Shown piece by piece: positions 1 to 7,388 of a stretch of 24,688 nucleotides of DNA. The DNA comes from a virus. Taxonomy: Duplodnaviria; Caudoviricetes. The stretch covers positions 1 through 24,688 of IMG/VR virus record IMGVR_UViG_3300031841_002857; one strand, given 5' to 3'. A model generated the notes under the pieces. It searched no databases. It was given only the letters and a program-made list of their open reading frames with translations, and had not been told where the DNA came from. Each line of letters starts with the position of its first letter. Position 1 is the stretch's first letter. The translations under genes were made by a program, and so were the position numbers.

Positions 1-1045
1 CCATTTCCTTTTTATGCTTTTCTGTTTGAGGCTCTATCAAATCTTTATCCGTATAGTTCGAGTCCTCATCATTAATCATAGTATAGTATGGATAATCGTG
101 CTCATCTTTTACCCAACCATATTCTCTTTTCTCTACATCTTTCCAATAAACCTCATATACAGGAACTTTTCCACCAGGGATTGTGTATACTTCATTTACT
201 ATCTTGTGCATAGAGTTTTGACTACTTTTGTTTGAGTAGTTTTCAATAGCCTCTCTTTGTTCTTTTGATAGGTTTTGATACTTCTCGAAAATACTAGGAG
301 AATCCATATAGTACCACTCTCCCATGTATTCAGCATCTGTTAAGTCTGGTTTTTTAGCAGACATGTCCCAAACAAAAAACAATGGATTTACAGACTCAGC
401 CATGTACAACTCTCCAGATTCAAATCCTTTGTATATACCAAGACCACACAAAGCAAGGTTTCTTGTTATTTGTGTTTTAAGCTCACTCATGTTTACGTCA
501 TTTGCAACGTATTCAAGTAAGTTGTTTATATCTGTTTCGTAATTATCAACGAAAGTATTGATGAATAGCTCTTCTGTTTCTACTGGATCTTCTTCTAGGT
601 TGAACTGTTCTTTTATCGTGTCTCCAAAAAATGGTATAGCATCAGCAAGTTGATGCATGGTTTTTATTTTCTTTAATTCTTGCTCTCTTTGGTTTATAAC
701 AAAGTCAGATACACAATTTGCTTTTGCATTGTAAGAAAGCCTAATAGCATTACCAACATATTGCTGCACCATTGGCTTAATAACATTCTTTGTCCACTTC
801 AGTCTGTTTCTTACATCTCCAGATTCGTCTAAGAAGAAAGCTTCGATATCTTCATCAAATATCCATTGTCCATCTTGACCTTTGAAGAATGACCAATTTA
901 TTAGGCATTTATTGATGTATCTGCGATATATGTAGTTATTCATTACAGATAAACAGTACTTCGCATATTTTTTGTGGTAGTCTTTGTCTTTTTTGCCCTG
1001 GAGCTTGTTTGGGCGAATGTTACCATTATCGAAAATAAAACTCAT
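1..1045 (-). CDS. Phage portal protein, N-terminal ~348 aa (runs off the window edge)
   Basis: Absent from the ORF track because it has no stop in the window. Read by hand from ATG 1045: MSFIFDNGNIRPNKLQGKKDKDYHKKYAKYC...NVIKPMVQQYVGNAIRL...VNPLFFVWDMSAKKPDLTDAEYMGEW...VPVYEVYWKD, open to base 1. The motif order (N-x-I-x-P, VNP...D..DA.Y.GE, V.V.EVYW) is that of P22/crAss-like portals, and it lies in the packaging module. Confidence 0.8.
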   Translation of the reverse strand, partial: MSFIFDNGNIRPNKLQGKKDKDYHKKYAKYCLSVMNNYIYRRYINKCLINWSFFKGQDGQWIFDEDIEAFFLDESGDVRNRLKWTKNVIKPMVQQYVGNAIRLSYNAKANCVSDFVINQREQELKKIKTMHQLADAIPFFGDTIKEQFNLEEDPVETEELFINTFVDNYETDINNLLEYVANDVNMSELKTQITRNLALCGLGIYKGFESGELYMAESVNPLFFVWDMSAKKPDLTDAEYMGEWYYMDSPSIFEKYQNLSKEQREAIENYSNKSSQNSMHKIVNEVYTIPGGKVPVYEVYWKDVEKREYGWVKDEHDYPYYTMINDEDSNYTDKDLIEPQTEKHKKEM

Positions 1046-1046
1046 A

Positions 1047-1622
1047 TCACTTCAGTATATCGTTAATTTTAACTAGAACTTCTTTCTTGGTCTTTTTCTC
1101 TTTTGTTTTAGCACCATAAGAAGACTCTAATGTCCTAACCATTTTTGGTAGCTCGTCATAAACTTTTACTACCAAATCAGTGTATTTCTTTTTATCGTCT
1201 ATGTCCATGGTTTTCATTGTTACTTGATCTATTAGAATCATGTCGTTTAAAACCTCAAACATGTATTGACTCATAAGTTTCGCCCGAAGCCTGTACTCAG
1301 GATTAAATGTCTCCATCTTTCTTATCCCAAGAACTATTTCTTGCGGTATATCACCATTGGATATGTCCTCTAGGTCTTTTCTAAGGTAGTACTCTTTACC
1401 GTAAGTTAATTCAAGCCCTTTTTTGAGTCTTTCTCCTTTGTTGCTTATACTGTATATTGGACTCGTTCTGTTTCCAACAAACCAGCAAAGTCTTACTTCT
1501 TTTGCTTTTAGGTTTTTGAATTCGTCTATTTCTGATAATTCTGGGTAATCTATTCTTAAATCACCCTCTCTTTCCATTCCAAAAATAACGAGCTCAACTT
1601 CCTTTTGCTCTTTGTCTGCCAT
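1047..1622 (-). CDS. Conserved phage protein, possible crAss-like terminase small subunit (191 aa)
   Basis: Start moved to ATG 1622 (MADKEQ...) because the longer GTG start lies in a terminator hairpin. The pattern EFKNL..KEVRLCWF..NRTSPIY...ERL and C-terminal ELPKMVRTLE recall the helical TerS-like family of crAss-like phages. Directly upstream of the portal. The ORF is solid, the function is tentative. Confidence 0.45.
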   Translation of the reverse strand: MADKEQKEVELVIFGMEREGDLRIDYPELSEIDEFKNLKAKEVRLCWFVGNRTSPIYSISNKGERLKKGLELTYGKEYYLRKDLEDISNGDIPQEIVLGIRKMETFNPEYRLRAKLMSQYMFEVLNDMILIDQVTMKTMDIDDKKKYTDLVVKVYDELPKMVRTLESSYGAKTKEKKTKKEVLVKINDILK

Positions 1623-1630
1623 AAAAGTAT

Positions 1631-1665
1631 AAAAAAATAGGGTAGGCACTTTTATACCTACCCTA
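1631..1665 (-). terminator. Rho-independent terminator after the structural protein gene
   Basis: Minus strand reads TAGGGTAGGTAT-AAAA-GTGCCTACCCTA-TTTTTTT: 12 bp stem with two G-U pairs and a T7 tract. Confidence 0.85.
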
Positions 1666-1673
1666 CAAAGATA
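1666..1673 (-). promoter_or_regulatory. Bacteroidetes-type -7 promoter element TATCTTTG
   Basis: Matches TAnnTTTG, intergenic, oriented toward the TerS-like/portal genes, abutting the terminator stem. Confidence 0.6.
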
Positions 1674-1685
1674 ATTAAATTTTAA

Positions 1686-2489
1686 TTAGACAGCTGGGCA
1701 ACCTAAGTAGTCAGCAGCAGTTGCAACAGTTGTTGCGTATGATCCATCAAAGATGTCTTCTAGCAATGTAATTGCAGTAGTATCAGTTGAATCAATGTAA
1801 ATAACAGCTTTAGCTGGCTTAATTACTTGCAATCCGTTAACAATGTTAGTTCTTATTGCTTTTCTGTGACGAAGAACAAATCGGCTGTAAGAAGCTGATC
1901 CTAAAGTAGAACCTGGGAAGTACTCTTGAACTTCGCTCAATGTTCCAACTGGCTCAACCCACGCTGTGTCATCAGCAACAGTAGCACCTGCAGGAGCAGT
2001 AATAGTCAAAGGACCAAATCCAGCATCATCAGCAGTAATTCGTACAATGTCTCCAGCTACAGCAGCAGCAGAGAAATAAGCATTAACATCTCCGTTGATT
2101 CGAGCAACAAAAGCAGCTTGTAATTCAGCAACAGTAGCAGTACCATCTGTAGAAACTAAATAAGTTCTAGCAGTATAAACCGCACCTGTTTCTTGACCTC
2201 CTCCAAAGAAGTTAACTGCATATGGAGCAGAAACAGTTAAAGAATAAGTACCGTTGTTAACCATTGTTACAGAAGTTAAATCAACGTCTACAATGTTAGC
2301 AGTACCAGCAGCATATGCTTTTTTCTCAAAATCTAAAAAGTCACTAGCTCGAACAACTAAAGCTACGTTTCCAGCTTCGTCTTTTACAGTTAACACACCG
2401 TTAGAAAGGTCCGTGTCTCCTGCTACTGGAGTGTCTAGGAATAATGCAGAGTCTGCATCGATTTTTGGTAATTTAAATGAAATAGCCAT
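1686..2489 (-). CDS. Virion structural protein (capsid-auxiliary/decoration-like, 267 aa)
   Basis: Likely start ATG 2489 (MAISFKLPK). Ala/Thr/Val/Gly-rich beta-type sequence with strong GCT/ACT/GTT codon bias, own promoter and terminator, and position between TerL and portal. Confidence 0.65.
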   Translation of the reverse strand: MAISFKLPKIDADSALFLDTPVAGDTDLSNGVLTVKDEAGNVALVVRASDFLDFEKKAYAAGTANIVDVDLTSVTMVNNGTYSLTVSAPYAVNFFGGGQETGAVYTARTYLVSTDGTATVAELQAAFVARINGDVNAYFSAAAVAGDIVRITADDAGFGPLTITAPAGATVADDTAWVEPVGTLSEVQEYFPGSTLGSASYSRFVLRHRKAIRTNIVNGLQVIKPAKAVIYIDSTDTTAITLLEDIFDGSYATTVATAADYLGCPAV

Positions 2490-2563
2490 TTTAATTTGTT
2501 TTTGCACCGAGGTTTATAGCCTCCGTGTTAGTTAATAATAAAACACCGTGTCAAAACACAATG

Positions 2564-2571
2564 CAAATGTA
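2564..2571 (-). promoter_or_regulatory. -7 promoter element TACATTTG for the structural gene
   Basis: TAnnTTTG match about 75 nt upstream of ATG 2489. Confidence 0.65.
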
Positions 2572-2727
2572 ACAATTATTTTTTATGAAAATTTTTCTTT
2601 TTGGTGTTATATATATTATTTATAATAAATTTATTTATTATTAATGATATAGATAATAATAGTTTTTCTTTTATAAAGTATAATATTTTTTCTTTTTGTT
2701 TCTTTTTCTTTTTTAAAAAAAGTTTTA

Positions 2728-2735
2728 TATATTTG
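2728..2735 (+). promoter_or_regulatory. -7 promoter element TATATTTG
   Basis: TAnnTTTG match after an AT-rich tract, pointing into element A and the plus-strand island. Confidence 0.7.
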
Positions 2736-2739
2736 TTTC

Positions 2740-2828
2740 AGAAATTGGTTCTTATGATTTTTCATTCACACTTAGTCCCCTGCTACCTACCTCCTTTCCA
2801 ATTTCTATTTGGTAGTGGGGGATCTTTT
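2740..2828 (+). ncRNA. Candidate pseudoknotted small RNA or leader (element A)
   Basis: Stem TCCCCTGCTACC (2776-2787)/GGTAGTGGGGGA (2811-2822), 12 bp with two G-U, followed by TCTTTT. The 5' AGAAATTGG (2740-2748) is the exact complement of loop CCAATTTCT (2798-2806). Confidence 0.55.
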
Positions 2829-2841
2829 AAAATATTTAATT

Positions 2842-3123
2842 ATGGATGCATTTAAAGTGATTTGCGTAAACGACAGAAACAAACCAGAAGGTTTCTTTGG
2901 AACATGGGTTGAAAAAAACAAAATATATACCGTTATTGATTGTAAAAGACTTGCAAATCATGGCATGCAAATGGGCTACAAACTTGAAGAAGCTCCAATA
3001 AATGAGAATTGTAATTACAAGTTTTTCCTTTCAAACAGGTTCAGGCTAGCTGATGACTCTGATTTTGCACAAGAGGCTTTTGATAAGTTAATGGAGGAGG
3101 TAGCTGAGGTTTCCTATGTTTGA
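2842..3123 (+). CDS. Hypothetical phage protein (93 aa)
   Basis: Likely start ATG 2842 (MDAFKVICVNDRNKP...). Overlaps the start of the next gene. Confidence 0.75.
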   Translation: MDAFKVICVNDRNKPEGFFGTWVEKNKIYTVIDCKRLANHGMQMGYKLEEAPINENCNYKFFLSNRFRLADDSDFAQEAFDKLMEEVAEVSYV

Positions 3124-3844
3124 TATCTTTATAGAATTAGACAAGTTTAGAGATATAGTTTTTTACGAGAATACGCATGAGTATTTTTTTGAAGATGAGC
3201 AATGTACTTCAGTTACCTCTGTTATAAATAGCTATAAAAAAGAATTTGAGGCCGAGAAGATGGCTTTCTTTTATGGTAAAAAACACAATATGTCTAAAGA
3301 AGATGTGCTTGAAATGTGGGAGCAGAAAAAGAATGAAGCAGCAGAAGCTGGAACACATGTACACAAGTATCTTGAAATGGCGATATCGTGCAAGCAGTAT
3401 GAAGATGCATATATGATTCCTGAGGAGATGGTAAAACCTTCTATTGAATTTATGTCTATGATAAAAGACAAGTTGATACCTGTTCGATCTGAATTGGTTG
3501 TTGGTCATAAGAAGAAGCTTGTTTGTGGTATGATAGATCAGTTGTTCTATAATAAGAAAGCCGATGAGCTTCAGATATGGGATTATAAAACAAATAAAAA
3601 GTTTAGAAAAAAGAGCGAATACAAAAATAAAATGATTAATGGCTTAGGTCATTTAGAAGAATGTGAGATGAATACATACTCCTTGCAATTAGGTCTTTAT
3701 AAAAAGATTATACAAGAAACTACCAACATTAAGCTAGGAGATTCATATATTTGTTGGATAAATAGAGAAAAGGAGAGGCCACAAATGATCAAAACAAAGC
3801 CTTTGGAGGAAGAAGTCAATTTAATATGGAATAACTTGGACTGA
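3116..3844 (+). CDS. PD-(D/E)XK exonuclease (Cas4/RecB-like phage exonuclease)
   Basis: Motifs SVTSVI, GTHVH, SE, GMIDQL, IWDYKT and YSLQLGLY. Confidence 0.88.
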   Translation: MFDIFIELDKFRDIVFYENTHEYFFEDEQCTSVTSVINSYKKEFEAEKMAFFYGKKHNMSKEDVLEMWEQKKNEAAEAGTHVHKYLEMAISCKQYEDAYMIPEEMVKPSIEFMSMIKDKLIPVRSELVVGHKKKLVCGMIDQLFYNKKADELQIWDYKTNKKFRKKSEYKNKMINGLGHLEECEMNTYSLQLGLYKKIIQETTNIKLGDSYICWINREKERPQMIKTKPLEEEVNLIWNNLD

Positions 3845-4194
3845 TGAGCACAACTTCTTCGTATTCTAAGAACAAATTAAAAGAAGTTATAAAAAACGGC
3901 ACTCAACATTTCATCACCAAGTCATATATAAAGGCAGCATTCGATTACGATAGACACATCACAGAGTATCATTTGTATTGGGTAAATAAAAACAAGGGCA
4001 CTTTTGAAGATTGCAATAAATACCACTGCATGTCATTTAAAGAAATGAATAAAAGAGAGAAAAAACATTTCATGTCTATATTAGACGATTATCAAAAGTC
4101 TCTAGAAAATAAGCACGGCTGTATATGGGAAAACAAACATATAGGCTTTGATAAAAACAAGGTACTAACTAAACAACTAGAAATTACTTTATAA
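3844..4194 (+). CDS. Hypothetical protein (116 aa)
   Basis: TGATG coupling to the exonuclease. Its 3' end overlaps the convergent TerL stop. Confidence 0.7.
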   Translation: MSTTSSYSKNKLKEVIKNGTQHFITKSYIKAAFDYDRHITEYHLYWVNKNKGTFEDCNKYHCMSFKEMNKREKKHFMSILDDYQKSLENKHGCIWENKHIGFDKNKVLTKQLEITL

Positions 4195-6232
4195 TTTTTA
4201 AGAGCTTGCCTGTTTTAGCGTCTACTTTGGCGAGTCTCATCCTGTAGTTTGTCTCTTTTGACTGCACGTATCTTGTGACTACATTTGGCTTTGAATCATC
4301 CCCTTTTACATTCATGGGTTCATATCGTGCATGTGCCTGAGCATTTATATATGCAAATGTCATAGCAAATATCGTATCATCATAATCATACCTAGTATCT
4401 GCTGCCTGATATCTAGTTTGCCTATGGCTTGTAGTGCTTTTTAAATCTTTTTCAACAAATGTCTTTAACTGCTCCCATAGCCACGGCACATCTATCTGTT
4501 CTCCGTAGCCATCAATCATCTCTTCTGTCTTTGCTATAATACGTGGAGCTGTGTTGGCCTTGTTTGAAAGCCCAAACCACTTACCTCCATATGTCTGAAA
4601 GTAATCTGGTAGCTGTGCATTTGCTGTAAACTTACTTTTAAATCCGTGTACCTCTTGGAAGTCTACATGCATATCTCCGATATTGTTTTCAACAAGTTCT
4701 TTTACCCCTCCCTTTTTTTGCTGATCGTAATATAGGCTTTGTAGCAGTACCTGCAGGTAGGTATATTTAAATTTCTTATCCCTATGGAACACTACAGAAG
4801 AAACTGTATTTGTAAGCGCATCCCATATTGCACTACACATCATAGAGTGTCCTGTTTCTGAGTTTACGGGGTCAGTTCCTTGATACCACCTATTTTTCCA
4901 TAGTTCGTCATGTGGTGGGTGGTGTACAATCATTGCTGTTGTGGATATATCTTCTCTACCTGATGTAGGTATCCATCTAGCTCCTGTAATCCTGTATTCT
5001 GTAATTAGGTCAGGTGTTGGCTGACTCATATCCATTATCGGATCAAAGAATCCATATTCTATAGGAGAATCCTTACCATATATTTCATTTAGTCTTCTAT
5101 TACAAGTGTGTACTGGTATAAGTGTTCTTGACTTTCGAAGGAACATGTCATCGATGGTAATTGGATAATGTTGGTGGAACTGCACTTTGGCAATTTCTCC
5201 TTTTCTTGTTCCTTCAAGTGCCAAATAGGCTTTCCGCTCGTTGCTGATGTGGTTGTCGGTAACTCCTCTTCGTGCGTATGCGTTGAAAAATAGTGGTATA
5301 ATTCCATAGTCATAGTTTTTTTCTTTCCATTGTTTGTTACACATTTTAAATTCTGATTCAAATACAGAACCACCCTTATCCATCTCTCCTCCTGTTCCCC
5401 AGGCTATAAACTGCTGCTGCATGGTCATCTTCCCTGTATCTGGATTGTATTTAAATAAGGCAGGTCTACCTTCACGCATCATTTCACCAAATATCTCAAA
5501 TAGACCAATCTCATCTATGAATACAGCAGATGGTGAACCACCGTTAATAGCATCTACCTGTGGGCTGTCTACTTGAAATCGTGATGCCCCACCTTCATCT
5601 CTACCTTTCCTTCCTCCTTTTTTATCAAATGACATAATCTGATCGGTCCAGTTCTTGACTTCCTGAGCCATGTACTCTGGAACCTTTGTATATGTCCACT
5701 TAACTTTATCTCGGAATATCTCCACCCCCTTGTCCTTAGAGTGTGTGACAAATTTTATGAAATAAGATTTGTTAAAATTTACTCGTTTCATTCCTGCAAG
5801 GCACATTGTCGTTGTAAATCCAATTTGTCGCGCCTTTCCAATCATCATTGAATATCCACAGTCAAATAAATACAGTAAAACTTTCTGTGCTTCCCACGCT
5901 TGGTATCGCAACATACCATTTTCGGCCTTATCTTCCTTTATCCAACCGTATTTATTGCAGAAGTATAGTGTATTGTCATTACACTTTTTTATTTCTTGCG
6001 CCAACCAATTGTATTGGTCTTCTTCGTTTTCAAAGTCTGTTATGAGGGTATTGTCTTCAAGCCACTGCATTGCTTGTTTGCAGTATAGCTCAAATGATTT
6101 GTATTTTGCTTTATTTTGCCAGCCTGAATTTATGCTGTCTATCCAATCTACGAATTCTTTTGGATATTCAAACTCTGGATGCGATGGATACCAGTCTTCA
6201 GTTCGAACACCTCTTACTCTTGTTTCTCCCAT
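4184..6232 (-). CDS. terL: Terminase large subunit
   Basis: Adenine-binding region WEAQ, Walker A GKARQIGFTT, Walker B VFIDEIG, coupling motif GTG, and RNase H-fold acidic residues GTDPV, VENN, DDTIFA. Confidence 0.93.
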   Translation of the reverse strand: MGETRVRGVRTEDWYPSHPEFEYPKEFVDWIDSINSGWQNKAKYKSFELYCKQAMQWLEDNTLITDFENEEDQYNWLAQEIKKCNDNTLYFCNKYGWIKEDKAENGMLRYQAWEAQKVLLYLFDCGYSMMIGKARQIGFTTTMCLAGMKRVNFNKSYFIKFVTHSKDKGVEIFRDKVKWTYTKVPEYMAQEVKNWTDQIMSFDKKGGRKGRDEGGASRFQVDSPQVDAINGGSPSAVFIDEIGLFEIFGEMMREGRPALFKYNPDTGKMTMQQQFIAWGTGGEMDKGGSVFESEFKMCNKQWKEKNYDYGIIPLFFNAYARRGVTDNHISNERKAYLALEGTRKGEIAKVQFHQHYPITIDDMFLRKSRTLIPVHTCNRRLNEIYGKDSPIEYGFFDPIMDMSQPTPDLITEYRITGARWIPTSGREDISTTAMIVHHPPHDELWKNRWYQGTDPVNSETGHSMMCSAIWDALTNTVSSVVFHRDKKFKYTYLQVLLQSLYYDQQKKGGVKELVENNIGDMHVDFQEVHGFKSKFTANAQLPDYFQTYGGKWFGLSNKANTAPRIIAKTEEMIDGYGEQIDVPWLWEQLKTFVEKDLKSTTSHRQTRYQAADTRYDYDDTIFAMTFAYINAQAHARYEPMNVKGDDSKPNVVTRYVQSKETNYRMRLAKVDAKTGKLLKIIK

Positions 6233-6245
6233 AAATTATATAATA

Positions 6246-6268
6246 AGGGCTACCTTACTGATAGCCCT
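6246..6268 (-). terminator. Hairpin (weak terminator or attenuator) just upstream of terL
   Basis: Minus strand AGGGCTATC-AGTAA-GGTAGCCCT, 9 bp, followed by TATTATATAATTT and the terL ATG. Confidence 0.5.
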
Positions 6269-6419
6269 ATCCTTTGTGCGAATCACCTTTCATTAAGCTC
6301 CCATCGGGCATCCTATGATACCCTTTTGGAACTTTTTTCTTTTTTATAGCTTTAGCTTTATCGCCAACTCTTTTAAGAAGCTTTGGATCTACGCCTGATT
6401 TTTTATCTAGGTAGGCCAT
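6267..6419 (-). CDS. Small basic protein (50 aa) with GYHRMPDGSLMKG motif
   Basis: Read by hand, below the ORF-track cutoff: MAYLDKKSGVDPKLLKRVGDKAKAIKKKKVPKGYHRMPDGSLMKGDSHKG. TAATG coupling to the upstream gene. Confidence 0.8.
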   Translation of the reverse strand: MAYLDKKSGVDPKLLKRVGDKAKAIKKKKVPKGYHRMPDGSLMKGDSHKG

Positions 6420-6604
6420 TACCTAATTGGCATCTTCTTTGCATACCTCGCCTTTGCACTCTTCACTGAATCAATTATATTATCTGGTGCAAACTTACCT
6501 TTTTCTTTTCCGCCTTTTTTACCTTTTTTACCTTTATCCCCTTTATCCATACCGTCTTTCATTTCTTTAAGTTTTTTGATCTTCATCATCATTTTGCTTT
6601 TCAT
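6419..6604 (-). CDS. Small Lys/Gly/Met-rich basic protein (61 aa)
   Basis: ORF track, in operon, preceded by AAATAAATAGTTATG. Confidence 0.75.
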   Translation of the reverse strand: MKSKMMMKIKKLKEMKDGMDKGDKGKKGKKGGKEKGKFAPDNIIDSVKSAKARYAKKMPIR

Positions 6605-6606
6605 AA

Positions 6607-6855
6607 CTATTTATTTTTTATTTTATTCATTTTTTCTGAAGCTTTTTTTGCAGCTTTTCCTAATGCAATTCCTCCTATATATCCTTGAGTCGCTACTTTT
6701 CCTGCAGCTTTTCCTGCAGCTTTTCCTATGTAAAGAGGAGTTCCATCTTTATTTATAGGTCCAACTCTGTACTGAGTTTTTACTGGAGCAATTTTTCCTT
6801 CACCAGTTTTTAACTTTTTTGCTAAAGCTTTTTTTAACTTTTTAGGCTTGTCCAT
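6607..6855 (-). CDS. Small Lys/Ala-rich basic protein (82 aa)
   Basis: GKAAGKAAGK and GKAAKKA repeats, same AAATAAATAGTTATG start context. Confidence 0.75.
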   Translation of the reverse strand: MDKPKKLKKALAKKLKTGEGKIAPVKTQYRVGPINKDGTPLYIGKAAGKAAGKVATQGYIGGIALGKAAKKASEKMNKIKNK

Positions 6856-6872
6856 AACTATTTATTTATTTA

Positions 6873-7187
6873 TTATATTATACCTTTTTTTATTTTTCTT
6901 AATTGATTTTTGTAATACCATTTTGTATACCTAGGATTTTTTCCATCTATGTATGTTGGCTGTGAAGCCCTTTTATATAAGATTTGTTGTTCCTCTTCTG
7001 AAATTGGGCCATCATAATCGAAAGCTGCTTTCTTTTTTAAATCAGGGGGTAATGGTTTTTTATCAGGGTTTACTATAAGCCGACCCATTCTCTTTTTATT
7101 TTTTAGATCTTCAATCTTTTTGCGCTTTTCTTTATTGCGAGCCAACTTAGCCTTAATCTTTTTAATTATGTTATCCCTGTTTTCCAT
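6873..7187 (-). CDS. Lys/Arg-rich hypothetical protein (104 aa)
   Basis: ORF track, tightly packed in operon. Confidence 0.7.
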   Translation of the reverse strand: MENRDNIIKKIKAKLARNKEKRKKIEDLKNKKRMGRLIVNPDKKPLPPDLKKKAAFDYDGPISEEEQQILYKRASQPTYIDGKNPRYTKWYYKNQLRKIKKGII

Positions 7188-7191
7188 AGGA

Positions 7192-7368
7192 TTAAAGTCT
7201 GTAATTCTTGTCCTTTGTATTTTGGTACATTACTTCAAACTTTCCAGTACACTTAGTCATTTCATCTTTAAGTGTATTTGGCGCAGGCTTATTACCTTCT
7301 ACTCGTGCCTTATCGACATAGCTGCCATTTTTCTTTGGGTTAGATGCCCAGTACTTGTCTTGTTTCAT
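7192..7368 (-). CDS. Small hypothetical protein (58 aa), probably leaderless
   Basis: Read by hand: MKQDKYWASNPKKNGSYVDKARVEGNKPAPNTLKDEMTKCTGKFEVMYQNTKDKNYRL. The ATG lies 5 nt after TATATTTG. Confidence 0.75.
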   Translation of the reverse strand: MKQDKYWASNPKKNGSYVDKARVEGNKPAPNTLKDEMTKCTGKFEVMYQNTKDKNYRL

Positions 7369-7373
7369 AGAGA

Positions 7374-7381
7374 CAAATATA
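7374..7381 (-). promoter_or_regulatory. -7 promoter element TATATTTG for the small-basic-protein/terL operon
   Basis: TAnnTTTG match in a short intergenic gap. Confidence 0.7.
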
Positions 7382-7388
7382 CAAATAA

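Noticed and set aside
14-542. Plus-strand ORFs 14-235 and 324-542
   Set aside because: They are antisense shadows of the portal gene.
2601-2855. 84 aa Phe/Ile-rich ORF
   Set aside because: An artefact of the AT-rich tract; it overlaps a promoter and element A.
5089-6296. ORFs inside or antisense to terL, including the 175 aa plus-strand ORF
   Set aside because: They lie wholly or mostly within terL and show no recognisable motifs.
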